Below are positions 8,177-17,000 of a stretch of DNA of 64,000 nucleotides, in pieces; position 1 is the first letter of the stretch, and each line of letters opens with the position of its first letter. Origin of the DNA: Bryobacterales bacterium (lineage in GTDB: Bacteria > Acidobacteriota > Terriglobia > Bryobacterales > UBA6623); the NCBI GenBank assembly GCA_965217195.1, contig CBDCHL010000003.1, positions 1,053,260 through 1,117,259 on the forward strand. Reading direction: 5' to 3'. The notes below the pieces were generated by a model. The model was not told the origin of the DNA. It did no database searches and saw only the letters and a list, made by a program, of their open reading frames with translations. The position numbers were made by a program, and so were the translations under genes.

Positions 8177-9829
8177 ATGACACATTTGCGATACCACATT
8201 CTTCCGGCATTGCTCTGCCTTGGCGCAGCGGCCATTCTCGCCCCTACACCCGCACCGGCCAACGATCGAATCGAGAGCTTACTCAACCGCATCGTCGAAA
8301 ACGAGCAGGCATTTCTAGCGCGCCTGCAAGAGTACTCGCCCGTGCTCGAAACCTACATCCAAGAAATCGTTGAAGACCGTAAATCGCGCGAACCCTTCGT
8401 TCGGGACCACTACATGATCGGGAAGCTCGACATCGGTGGGGACGTTGAGCACGAGGATTTCTTCGCCAGCGCCGGTTTTCGCAAGAGCGACACGACGGTC
8501 TTCTACGCGGCCGGGTTCGCGCAAATGGTCATACCCGACGCTTATGAGTTCGACCGTCGCACTTACAATTTCGACTACGTGCGCCGTGAATTCGTCGGCG
8601 ACATTCGTACCTTAGTCTTCGACGTGACGCCGCGGGATCGCTCCGCCTCGGGCAAGTTCATTGGTCGCATTTGGGTCGAGGATCGCGACTACAACATAGT
8701 TCGCTTCAACGGCACCTACACGATGAGTAAGGCGTCGTCGTTGTTTTTCCACTTCGACAGCTGGCGCGTGAATGTCGCGCCCGGCGTGTGGGTACCCGCT
8801 TATGTCTACATCGAGGACGGCGGCAAAGCCGTCTCGAAGAAAGGCGCCGAGATGCGGTTTCGCGCGCAGACGCGCGTGTGGGGCTACCAGCCGATCCACA
8901 ATAACAAGCTCGATGAGCTGACAGCCATCTTGATCGAAGCCGAAAGCGAGGTTAAGGACGACGCCGAGTCGAAACACATCTCGCCAGTCGAGGGACGCCG
9001 CATCTGGGCGCGTCAAGCGGCCGATAATGTCATCCACCGGCTCGAAAAGAGCGGCTTGTTGGCGCCCGTCGGGGAACTGGACGAAGTTCTCAACACGGTA
9101 CTCAACAATCTGCTCGTGACCAACAACATTCGTCTCGACGCCTACAGCCGCGTTTTGCTGACGACACCGCTCGAGACGTTCTCAGTCGGCGAGGCGATCT
9201 TGGTCAGCCGTGGGTTGATCGACGTGCTGCCGGACGAGGCAAGTCTGGCGGCGGTGCTGGCGGCCGAACTGGCGCACATCGTCCTGGGCCACGGCACCGA
9301 GACGATGTGGGCATTCAGCGACCGCACGATGTTCGAAGACACGGAAGTCTTGCGCGAGCTGGACTTCACGCGCGGTCCGGAGCAGATCGAAGCTGCGAAC
9401 GCGAAAGCGCTCGAGATGCTGCGCAAGTCTCCATACGCCGACAAGCTCAGCCAGGCCGGCCTTTTCTTCAAGGCGCTGGCCGCGCGCGCCGCGAATCTGC
9501 CTCAACTGACGCAGCCGAACCTGGGAAACGCCCTCATCAAAGAGGGCCGTTTGGCCCGGCTGACAGCTCTGGCCGAGCAGGCCCCCGAGCTCGACGAAGA
9601 CAAGCTCGATCAAATTGCCGCCTTGCCGCTTGGCTCGCGCGTACGGCTCGACCCCTGGAGCAGCCAATTGACGTTGATCAAATCCAAGCCGGTCAGACTG
9701 CGCACGGCCGAGGATAAGCTCGCGTTCGAGGTGACACCCTTTGTGATTCACCTCACTCGACGCGACGAGGCCGTCCATGACACTGGGTCACGTGATGCCG
9801 AAGCACGGGATACGGCGGCCGCTCGCTAA
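8177..9829 (+). CDS. Secreted protein with an M48-like metallopeptidase domain whose HEXXH motif reads AELAH
   Basis: Signal peptide (LLCLGAAAILAPTPAPA). The segment ETFSVGEAILVSRGLIDVLPDEASLAAVLAAELAHIVLGH is colinear with the M48 core (NAFA...GLL...ELAAVLAHEXXH). The start lies 11 nt after the tonB-like stop. Confidence 0.6.
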   Translation: MTHLRYHILPALLCLGAAAILAPTPAPANDRIESLLNRIVENEQAFLARLQEYSPVLETYIQEIVEDRKSREPFVRDHYMIGKLDIGGDVEHEDFFASAGFRKSDTTVFYAAGFAQMVIPDAYEFDRRTYNFDYVRREFVGDIRTLVFDVTPRDRSASGKFIGRIWVEDRDYNIVRFNGTYTMSKASSLFFHFDSWRVNVAPGVWVPAYVYIEDGGKAVSKKGAEMRFRAQTRVWGYQPIHNNKLDELTAILIEAESEVKDDAESKHISPVEGRRIWARQAADNVIHRLEKSGLLAPVGELDEVLNTVLNNLLVTNNIRLDAYSRVLLTTPLETFSVGEAILVSRGLIDVLPDEASLAAVLAAELAHIVLGHGTETMWAFSDRTMFEDTEVLRELDFTRGPEQIEAANAKALEMLRKSPYADKLSQAGLFFKALAARAANLPQLTQPNLGNALIKEGRLARLTALAEQAPELDEDKLDQIAALPLGSRVRLDPWSSQLTLIKSKPVRLRTAEDKLAFEVTPFVIHLTRRDEAVHDTGSRDAEARDTAAAR

Positions 9830-9845
9830 GAACCTTTCTCCTCGA

Positions 9846-12488
9846 TCACGCAGCGACCTGGTGGCGCTTCGAGAACCGCATCGTCGCCCCCTCCGCGTCC
9901 ACCTCCACCCGCACCACGTCGCCTTCCCCGAATTCCCCATCGAGAATCTTCAACGCCAGCGGATCCTGAATCAGCCGCTGAATGGCGCGCCGCATCGGCC
10001 TGGCGCCGAATTCCTCCTGGTAGCCGTCGCGCAGCACCAACTCGCGGGCCGAGTCGGCGATGTCGATTTCGATGCCCTTGTCGGCCAGCATCTTGCGCAG
10101 CCGCACCAGCTGCAAACCGAAGATTTCGCGCAGGTGCTCGCGGCCGAGCCTGTTGAACACAATGATGTCGTCGATGCGGTTGAGAAACTCCGGCCGAAAC
10201 GCCCGCCGCAGCTCATCCATCAGTATCCGCCGCATATCGCGGTTCGACTCGCTTTGATCGTGCGTCAACGAGAAACCGATCTTGGCGCTTTGGATGTCGG
10301 TCGAGCCGATGTTCGAGGTCATGATGATGACCGCGTTATTGAAATTCACGGTCCGACCCTTGCCGTCGGTCAGCCGCCCGTCGTCCAGCACCTGAAGCAG
10401 TACGTTGAACACATCCGGGTGCGCTTTTTCGATTTCGTCGAGCAGAACGACCGAATAAGGTTTTCGGCGAACATGCTCGGTCAACTGGCCGCCTTCGTCG
10501 TAACCCACATAGCCGGGAGGCGCGCCGATCATCCGCGAGACAGCGTGCTTTTCCATGTATTCGGACATGTCGATGCGCACCATCGCCTTTTCGTCATCGA
10601 ACAAAAACTCGGCCAGGGCCCGCCCCAATTCGGTTTTGCCGACGCCGGTAGGCCCCAGGAAGACGAACGTCCCGATCGGACGGGACGGATCGCTCAGGCC
10701 GGCGCGGTTGCGTCGCACTGCGTTTGAAACATGCGCCATCGCCTCGTCCTGGCCGATGACTCGGTCGCGGAGGCGTTCTTCCATGTGGACGAGCTTTTGG
10801 ATTTCGCCTTCCAGCATTCGTGTGACCGGGATGCCGGTCCACTTGGCCACGATGCGGGCAATGTCTTCATCGTCCACCTCGCCGCGCAGCAAGCTGGAGT
10901 CGCTCGGCTGTTCTTCGAGCAGACGCGTGGCCTCGGCGAGCTGCTTTTCGAGTTCGACCAGTTCGCCGTAACGGATTTCGGCCGCCCGCTCGAGATCGCC
11001 GCGCCGCCCGGCGTCTTCCTGCTCGGCGCGTAGTTTCTCCTGGCGCTCCTTGAGAGATTGGACCACCGAGATCCTCTTGCGTTCCTTCTGCCAGCGGTCG
11101 CGGAGCTGCGTTGCTTCAGAGCGCAACGTTTCGAGTTCGTCCTCGATCGCACGCAGGCGCTCTTTCGACGATCGGTCAGACTCCTTCTGCAACGCCTTCT
11201 TCTCGATTTCCAACTGCATCACGCGGCGGTCAAGTTGGTCGACCTCAACCGGGACCGAGTCAATTTGCATGCGTTGGGTAGCGCCGGCCTCGTCGATAAG
11301 GTCGATCGCCTTGTCAGGCAGGAAGCGGTCGCTGATATAGCGGTCCGACAACGTGACAGCGGCAACCAGCGCGGAGTCCTTGTAACGCACGCTGTGATGG
11401 ATCTCGTAAGTTTCCTTCAGTCCGCGAAGGATGGCCAGGGCGTCTTCGACGCTCGGCTGATCGACCAGCACGGTCTGGAAGCGTCGCTCGAGTGCAGCGT
11501 CCTTTTCGACGTGCTTGCGATATTCGTTGATTGTCGTGGCGCCGATGCAGCGCATCTGTCCCCGGGCCAGCGCCGGCTTCAACATGTTCGCGGCGTCGAT
11601 CGAACCCTCAGCCGACCCGGCGCCCACAAGGGTGTGCAACTCGTCGATAAAGCAGACGACCTCGCCTTTCGACTCTTCGATTTCCTTGAGGACGGCCTTG
11701 AGGCGGTCTTCGAATTCACCTCGGAATTTCGTGCCCGCCACCATCGAAGCCAGGTCGAGCGCGACCAGGCGCTTGTTCTTCAGGCTTTCGGGGACATCGC
11801 CGGCGATAATGCGCTGGGCGAGGCCCTCGACAATCGCGGTCTTGCCAACCCCGGGTTCGCCGATCAGGACCGGGTTGTTCTTCGTTCTGCGGGAAAGCAC
11901 CTGCATGAGCCGCCGGATCTCTTCGTCGCGTCCGATCACCGGGTCAAGCTTGCTCTGCCGCGCTTGTTCGGTCAGGTCGAGGGAGTAGCGTTCAAGCGCT
12001 TGGTATTTGGCTTCCGGATTCGGGTCGGTGACTCGCTGTGAGCCTCGCACCGAGGCCAGCGCCCGCAGAATCGCTTCATGATTCGCGCCGGCCCGCGCCA
12101 ACAAGTCCGCCGCCGGGTCGTGCTTGAGGCGGCTCACCGCCAGCAGCAAATGCTCGGTCGAAACGAACTCGTCGTTGAACCGCGAGGCTTCTTTCTGCGA
12201 TTGCTCAAATACTTCGTTGAGCGACGGGGAAAGATACACTCCGCCCTGGGCTTTGTCGCCGGAAACTTGCGGAAGCGATCGCAAACCCTCGCGCGCATCC
12301 AACGCAACCTGCCCCGGTTGGGCGTCTAACTTCGCCAAGATCGTGCCGGCGATACCCTCCTCCTGCTCAACCAAAGCAATCAGAAGGTGCAGCGGGAACA
12401 GTTGCTGGTGTCCGCTCTCGGCCGCGAGAGTTTGGGTTTGCTCCACCGCCTCGCGAGCCTTCTGGGTGAATTTGTCAAAACGAATCAT
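9846..12488 (-). CDS. clpB: ATP-dependent chaperone ClpB
   Basis: 880 aa with a Clp N-domain, two AAA+ modules (GEPGVGKT and GPTGVGKT Walker A motifs) and a long coiled-coil middle domain between them. The C-terminal D2-small domain is present. Confidence 0.97.
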   Translation of the reverse strand: MIRFDKFTQKAREAVEQTQTLAAESGHQQLFPLHLLIALVEQEEGIAGTILAKLDAQPGQVALDAREGLRSLPQVSGDKAQGGVYLSPSLNEVFEQSQKEASRFNDEFVSTEHLLLAVSRLKHDPAADLLARAGANHEAILRALASVRGSQRVTDPNPEAKYQALERYSLDLTEQARQSKLDPVIGRDEEIRRLMQVLSRRTKNNPVLIGEPGVGKTAIVEGLAQRIIAGDVPESLKNKRLVALDLASMVAGTKFRGEFEDRLKAVLKEIEESKGEVVCFIDELHTLVGAGSAEGSIDAANMLKPALARGQMRCIGATTINEYRKHVEKDAALERRFQTVLVDQPSVEDALAILRGLKETYEIHHSVRYKDSALVAAVTLSDRYISDRFLPDKAIDLIDEAGATQRMQIDSVPVEVDQLDRRVMQLEIEKKALQKESDRSSKERLRAIEDELETLRSEATQLRDRWQKERKRISVVQSLKERQEKLRAEQEDAGRRGDLERAAEIRYGELVELEKQLAEATRLLEEQPSDSSLLRGEVDDEDIARIVAKWTGIPVTRMLEGEIQKLVHMEERLRDRVIGQDEAMAHVSNAVRRNRAGLSDPSRPIGTFVFLGPTGVGKTELGRALAEFLFDDEKAMVRIDMSEYMEKHAVSRMIGAPPGYVGYDEGGQLTEHVRRKPYSVVLLDEIEKAHPDVFNVLLQVLDDGRLTDGKGRTVNFNNAVIIMTSNIGSTDIQSAKIGFSLTHDQSESNRDMRRILMDELRRAFRPEFLNRIDDIIVFNRLGREHLREIFGLQLVRLRKMLADKGIEIDIADSARELVLRDGYQEEFGARPMRRAIQRLIQDPLALKILDGEFGEGDVVRVEVDAEGATMRFSKRHQVAA

Positions 12489-12586
12489 GAGCTACCTCGC
12501 GTGGACTATTTGTCATGGCTCGCCGCCGTTGCCGGCGAGATCCAGTCGCTGCCCAGGAGAGCAGCCGGCCACTTCTCATCGGAACG

Positions 12587-12614
12587 GCGGGCCGCCGAAA
12601 GCCGGTCGGCCCGC
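12587..12614 (-). terminator. GC-rich hairpin between hsp20 and clpB (possible attenuator or processing site; no U-tract)
   Basis: gcgggccg (12587-12594) pairs with cggcccgc (12607-12614), with extra inner pairing ccg/cgg. It lies 23 nt downstream of the hsp20 stop and no T-run follows on the minus strand. Confidence 0.3.
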
Positions 12615-12636
12615 TCCCGATTTGACCAACGCCGGT

Positions 12637-13074
12637 TTATTGGACGCTGATCTGCCGCATCTTCTTCTGCTTCTCGGGCCGCTTCGGCAGAGTGACCCGC
12701 AGCACGCCTTTGTCGTATTTCGCCTTGATCTTGTCGACGTCCACGCCTTCCGGCAGACCGAAGCTTCGATGGAAGGAACCATACGCCCGCTCTAGGCGGT
12801 GGAAGTTCTTCTCCTTCGATTCCTTTTCGAACTTGCGCTCGGCCTTTAGCGTGAGGACATCTTCTTCGACCTTGACGTCGAGATCCTTTTCAGCTACATC
12901 AGGCAAATCGGCCGTCAGGATAATCTCCTTATCGGTCTCCTCGATGTCTACCGCCGGCGACCACGTGGTCACGCCGTTGGTCTCGGGCCAAGGTGCCGTG
13001 AAAAAGCGATCGAAGACGCGATCGAAGTCGCGCCAAGGAACTAAGCCTTTAGGGTTGTATCGGATCAAGCTCAT
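12637..13074 (-). CDS. Hsp20/alpha-crystallin family small heat-shock protein
   Basis: The alpha-crystallin domain reads PAVDIEETDKEIILTADLPDV...ERAYGSFHRSFGLPEGVD...GVLRVTLPK. I prefer ATG 13072-13074 (MSLIRYNP), which is preceded by a GGAGGA Shine-Dalgarno (complement of 13080-13085). The track start at 13116 adds 14 unsupported residues. Confidence 0.9.
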   Translation of the reverse strand: MSLIRYNPKGLVPWRDFDRVFDRFFTAPWPETNGVTTWSPAVDIEETDKEIILTADLPDVAEKDLDVKVEEDVLTLKAERKFEKESKEKNFHRLERAYGSFHRSFGLPEGVDVDKIKAKYDKGVLRVTLPKRPEKQKKMRQISVQ

Positions 13075-13107
13075 TTGTATCCTCCTTGTCGAGCTGTTTC
13101 TGTAACC

Positions 13108-13136
13108 ATGGTACACGTGGATCTATGATCTGTCAA
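13108..13136 (-). promoter_or_regulatory. Putative sigma70-type promoter for hsp20(-clpB)
   Basis: On the minus strand, TTGACA (complement of 13131-13136) is followed by a 17-nt spacer and TACCAT (complement of 13108-13113), about 35 nt upstream of the hsp20 ATG. It abuts a very AT-rich upstream tract. Confidence 0.35.
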
Positions 13137-13464
13137 GTAAAAAGTATATTATATGATGGTATATCACTAAGATTTTATTATGTAAATAATATCGATACGA
13201 CCTCGAACGCCCTTCGGCGGTCTCGTTTTCTTGGCAAAGAAGAGTGTGATTTTGTCATGTAGTATCAGTAGTTTACAAACTATTTCGGACCCAGATCCGC
13301 CCACAGTCGTCCCTTGAATGCCCCTCAATCCCAGTTCTGAGAGAAAACTCACAGATTGTGGTTCCGCACCCAATTTTTCGCCTTCAAATCTCCTCTGGTC
13401 GCCCCGAGGCCGCTAGAATAGGGATCTTTGACCGGTCCTCGGGACCGAGCGTCAACACCTTGCA

Positions 13465-14166
13465 ATGACCTTCGTCGAGACCCTGCATCGCCTCGAACAG
13501 GAGGTGACCGGTTGTAACCTGTGTCCCCGGCTGCGGGCTCATTGCCGCGAGATCGCCCGAGTCAAGCGCCGGGCCTACAGGGATTGGGACTATTGGGGCC
13601 GTCCGGTCCCTTCGTTCGGAGACCCGCGAGCACGCGTGCTCATCATCGGATTGGCGCCCGGCGCCCACGGAGCTAATCGGACGGGACGCATGTTCACCGG
13701 CGACGGCTCCGGCGATTTTCTCTACGACGTCCTCCACCGCACCGGTTTTGCCTCTCAACCCGAGGCCGTCTCCCGAGACGATGGGTTGCAGCTCAAGGAC
13801 TGCTATATCACGGCCGCGGCCCGTTGCGCGCCTCCCGGCAACAAACCAACCCGAGAGGAGTTCGACGCCTGCCGCCCTTATCTCGAGCGCGAGCTCGCGG
13901 TTATGGAACGCATTCGCATCGTCGTGGTACTCGGTCGCTTGGCTCTCGATGCCTATCTCACGGTGCGGCTTCGTGAAAATTCGATAAAAAAACGTTCCGA
14001 CTACCCCTTCGAGCACGGAAGGGTGTATAATCCAGGCAACAAGCTGCCAAGTCTGATCTGCTGCTACCATCCCAGCCGACAGAACACCCAAACCGGCCGC
14101 CTGACAAAGCCCATGATGCTCCGCGTCTTCCGCCAAGTTCGACGCAGGCTTGCGGGTATGTCGTAA
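13465..14166 (+). CDS. Uracil-DNA glycosylase superfamily protein, family 4/5 (UdgB-like, Fe-S cluster type)
   Basis: GLAPGAHGANRTGRMFTGD (the GLAP-type motif A that I associate with family 5), HPSRQN motif B, and Cys ligands (CNLCPRL ... C ... C). Confidence 0.85.
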   Translation: MTFVETLHRLEQEVTGCNLCPRLRAHCREIARVKRRAYRDWDYWGRPVPSFGDPRARVLIIGLAPGAHGANRTGRMFTGDGSGDFLYDVLHRTGFASQPEAVSRDDGLQLKDCYITAAARCAPPGNKPTREEFDACRPYLERELAVMERIRIVVVLGRLALDAYLTVRLRENSIKKRSDYPFEHGRVYNPGNKLPSLICCYHPSRQNTQTGRLTKPMMLRVFRQVRRRLAGMS

Positions 14167-14295
14167 AAAGTCTCGCGTTTGCGCATTTCTTGGTAACCAA
14201 AGGAAGCGCGAAGCGTCAAAGAATTTTGTGCAACCACCACTGAGTGGGTAACATCTATAGAGTGTCCGGCAGAGGTACCGGACTGGAGAGAAGCC

Positions 14296-14673
14296 ATGAA
14301 AAAGCAAGAACAGGAAAAGGTTCAAAAGCAGTTGCTGCGGAAGCTGGCTGAGCTGCAAGGCTCGACGTCCCGGAAGGACGACTTGATCGCTGAGCGTCTG
14401 AGCGACCCGATGGACCAGATGCAGTCTCGGGCCGACCTCGACCTCGCGGTAACCACGATCAATACCAGCTTCGAGATGGAGCGTGCGGTGGAAACCGCGC
14501 TCAACGTGCTCGAGGCGGGCGAATACGGCATCTGCCGAGACTGCGGAGAGGACATCAATCCTAAGCGCCTTCAGGCGGTTCCGTGGACGACGCTCTGTAT
14601 CCTCTGCCAGGAGATGCACGATCTTGAGCGGCAGTTCGCGGGCGACGATTCCAAGCCGCTGCGAGCCGCCTGA
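14296..14673 (+). CDS. DksA/TraR-family C4 zinc-finger protein
   Basis: An N-terminal coiled-coil region is followed by CRDCGEDINPKRLQAVPWTTLCILCQE (CxxC-N17-CxxC). A GGAGAG Shine-Dalgarno sits 6 nt upstream of ATG 14296. Confidence 0.8.
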   Translation: MKKQEQEKVQKQLLRKLAELQGSTSRKDDLIAERLSDPMDQMQSRADLDLAVTTINTSFEMERAVETALNVLEAGEYGICRDCGEDINPKRLQAVPWTTLCILCQEMHDLERQFAGDDSKPLRAA

Positions 14674-14731
14674 GCCGACGCGACGCCGCGCGGCGTGATG
14701 TCGGCTCCAAAGAACAACATTGCATTGGACG

Positions 14732-14763
14732 AGGGCGCGGGAAACCGCGCCCTTGGTGATTTC
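14732..14763 (+). terminator. Putative intrinsic terminator after the dksA-like gene
   Basis: A 9-bp perfect stem, agggcgcgg (14732-14740) / ccgcgccct (14745-14753), with a GAAA tetraloop is followed by tggtgatttc. Confidence 0.5.
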
Positions 14764-14866
14764 ACGGGCCGGCGGCCCCCGAAAAGCAGCGGCTAGAATG
14801 AAACCAACCGTTGTTTGAGGCTGGGCCTCATCACCTTTAGGGAGCCCCATCGGCGACGCCCATACC

Positions 14867-16936
14867 GTGAGCCCTTACATTTCACGTCGAGCGATTCTAT
14901 TGAGCTTGCTCGGCGGGACCGGTATTCCGGCTGCCGCGGACCGCATCTCCGGCCTTGGGTCGATGATGTGGGAGTACACGCTCGACTACGTCGAGCTGCT
15001 CGACAAGCGGCGAAAGCGCCGGCTGCAAGCCCTTTCTTCGCCGGCCGAGTTGGCACGGCTTCAGGAACGTGTTCGAGAGAAGTCGGTCGTGGCCGATGGC
15101 GCACAGCCTGACCGAACTCCTTTGAATCCACGACATGTCGGGACGCTCGAAGGACCGGGTTTTGCCATCGAGAAACTGATCTTCGAGAGCCGCCCGCGGT
15201 TTTACGTGGCAGCGAATCTGTACCGGCCGGCTGATAGAACCGGGCCGCTGCCGGCTGTACTCTTCTCGCCGGGTTCGGAACCGGAGGGGAAATCCGCCGA
15301 GCCTGTTCAACGCTTCTGTGCTCGGATGGCCCGATCCGGCTTCGCCGCCCTAACCTGGGACCCGATTACCGTCGGCGAACGGCCGCAAATGTGGGACCCC
15401 GGCGCGAAGGCCTCCCGCGTGGGTGGGGCGGCAAGGGAACGGCGCGTGCTCGGCCGCCAATGTTACCTACTGGGCCTCAACCTGATGCACTACGGCGTCT
15501 GGGATGCCCTTCGCGCAATCGATTATCTCCAGACCCGCCCCGACATCGACCCGCGCCGTATTGCTATGGCAGGCAGCTCGCGAGGTGGCGACGAAACCCT
15601 TCGAACGGCGGCATTGGATCCGCGAATCCAAGCTGTGGTCTGCATCTCGGCGGCGTCCACTGTGCGCCACAAGACCGCGGCGCGCCTTGCGGGGGACCCC
15701 GAACGGATCTACTACGGGACCCTCCAGGACGGCATCGATCACCCCGAGCTGTTGGCTGCCCTGGCGCCCCGTCAGTTGATGATCGCTTCTCCGGCTGAGT
15801 ACTTCCTTCCTATCGAAGGAGCGCGCGAGACCTTCCGCGAAGTCTCCAGGATGTACTCGCTCTTCGGTGTCGGTGACCGGCTCATGTTTGTTGAAACCGG
15901 GGGATTCCACGCCCTCAACCCGGAGCTGCGTCAAGCCGCCGCGGGGTGGTTGGTCAGCCGGTTGGGTAGAGATGGTCAAGGCTTGGCCGAAGAACCCAAG
16001 GGCGTCTTCAAAGCAGAAGAACTTGACTGTACGCCGACCGGCAACGTCGCGGATCTGCCCGACGCCAAGACCGTCCTTTCGATCAACCGCGAACGCGCCC
16101 GTGAGATCACACCGGAGTATTCTCTCCCCAACAACCGCCACTCGCTCGAGATCTACCGCAACCAGGTCAGGAACAAGGTCCGACGGGTTACCCAAGTCGG
16201 CCGCTTCCGAGGGGAGGCCGGCATCCTTGTCCCCGACCGTGTGCATGACGTTGGGGCTTTCGCTCGCGGCGTCGCATTCGTTTGCGCCGACCGCGGCAAG
16301 GATGATCCGGCTGTCCGACGCGGGGTTATCGATCCTCTGATGGCGGCCGGTTACAGGGTGGTGGCACTGGATGTACGTGGCTGGGGCGAAAGCGAACCGC
16401 ATCTGCCCGGGGCCGCCCCACCATATTCTTGGGAAGACTTTTTCGCTTACCGCGGTATAGAGACCGGTCGACCGCTGCTGGGGCAACGAATGAAGGACTT
16501 GCTGGCTTCGGCCCGCGATCGCGGCGGGCGTCTGCCGTGGCTGGTTGCCGGGATCGGGGCAGGCGCGTTGGTCGCCTCGCACGCCGCCGTCCTTGACCGG
16601 CGGATTCGCCGGTTGGTCGCTGTCGGTGGGCCGCTTTCCTTCCGCGGGCTGGCGGACGATCCGTTGACGAAGCATCCTTTCAGCAGCTTCTTGCCGGGAG
16701 TCATCGGCGAATATGACATTCACGACGTTTACGCCGCCTTGGCGCCGCGCGAGGTCCTTGTGCTGAATCCTCAGGACTCGCAGGGGGCTCTCGCACCCCA
16801 CGAAGAGATCGACGCAGAATTCAACTGGACGCGGAGGGTCTACGAAATCGCCGGTGCCGGCGGGTCGTTCTCGATTGAGACCGGCTTGGACGCGGAAAAG
16901 ATGCGCCGTCTGCTCGGGCAATGGCTCAAGAGTTGA
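14867..16936 (+). CDS. Large secreted alpha/beta-hydrolase-fold protein (acetyl-xylan-esterase / dienelactone-hydrolase-like; two hydrolase-like halves)
   Basis: GTG start with a Tat-like leader (SRRAILLSLLGGTGIPAAA). A nucleophile-elbow-like AGSSRGG is present, and the second half has VALDVRGWGES plus further alpha/beta-hydrolase-like segments. Substrate is unknown. Confidence 0.7.
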   Translation: MSPYISRRAILLSLLGGTGIPAAADRISGLGSMMWEYTLDYVELLDKRRKRRLQALSSPAELARLQERVREKSVVADGAQPDRTPLNPRHVGTLEGPGFAIEKLIFESRPRFYVAANLYRPADRTGPLPAVLFSPGSEPEGKSAEPVQRFCARMARSGFAALTWDPITVGERPQMWDPGAKASRVGGAARERRVLGRQCYLLGLNLMHYGVWDALRAIDYLQTRPDIDPRRIAMAGSSRGGDETLRTAALDPRIQAVVCISAASTVRHKTAARLAGDPERIYYGTLQDGIDHPELLAALAPRQLMIASPAEYFLPIEGARETFREVSRMYSLFGVGDRLMFVETGGFHALNPELRQAAAGWLVSRLGRDGQGLAEEPKGVFKAEELDCTPTGNVADLPDAKTVLSINRERAREITPEYSLPNNRHSLEIYRNQVRNKVRRVTQVGRFRGEAGILVPDRVHDVGAFARGVAFVCADRGKDDPAVRRGVIDPLMAAGYRVVALDVRGWGESEPHLPGAAPPYSWEDFFAYRGIETGRPLLGQRMKDLLASARDRGGRLPWLVAGIGAGALVASHAAVLDRRIRRLVAVGGPLSFRGLADDPLTKHPFSSFLPGVIGEYDIHDVYAALAPREVLVLNPQDSQGALAPHEEIDAEFNWTRRVYEIAGAGGSFSIETGLDAEKMRRLLGQWLKS

Positions 16937-17000
16937 AGGGGTCCGACGGTGGCCTCTCCGCGCTGCAACGAATAGTAAGCCGCCGCCGAATCGATTGGAT

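Noticed and set aside
13167-13373. 68-aa minus-strand ORF inside the AT-rich hsp20/udg intergenic region
   Set aside because: It has no ribosome-binding site and runs through the putative promoter region. Its composition simply reflects the AT-rich tract, and no motif is present.
13384-14850. 488-aa ORF on the minus strand, one of the longest in the track
   Set aside because: It lies antisense across the uracil-DNA glycosylase and DksA/TraR genes, both of which have clear family motifs and good starts. Its product is Arg/Ala/Gly-rich with no recognisable motif. This is a typical shadow ORF of GC-rich DNA.
16854-17000. N-terminal extensions implied by the longest-ORF starts (here the M3 peptidase; likewise 5599-5622, 6801-6821, 20605-20622, 30182-30364, 43370-43405, 54314-54340, 54439-54456, 60199-60303 and 63437-63466)
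   Set aside because: These extensions begin at GTG or TTG codons, or overlap the preceding gene. They add Arg-rich or non-homologous residues, and downstream ATG/GTG codons give N-termini that match family expectations, signal peptides or Shine-Dalgarno sites.
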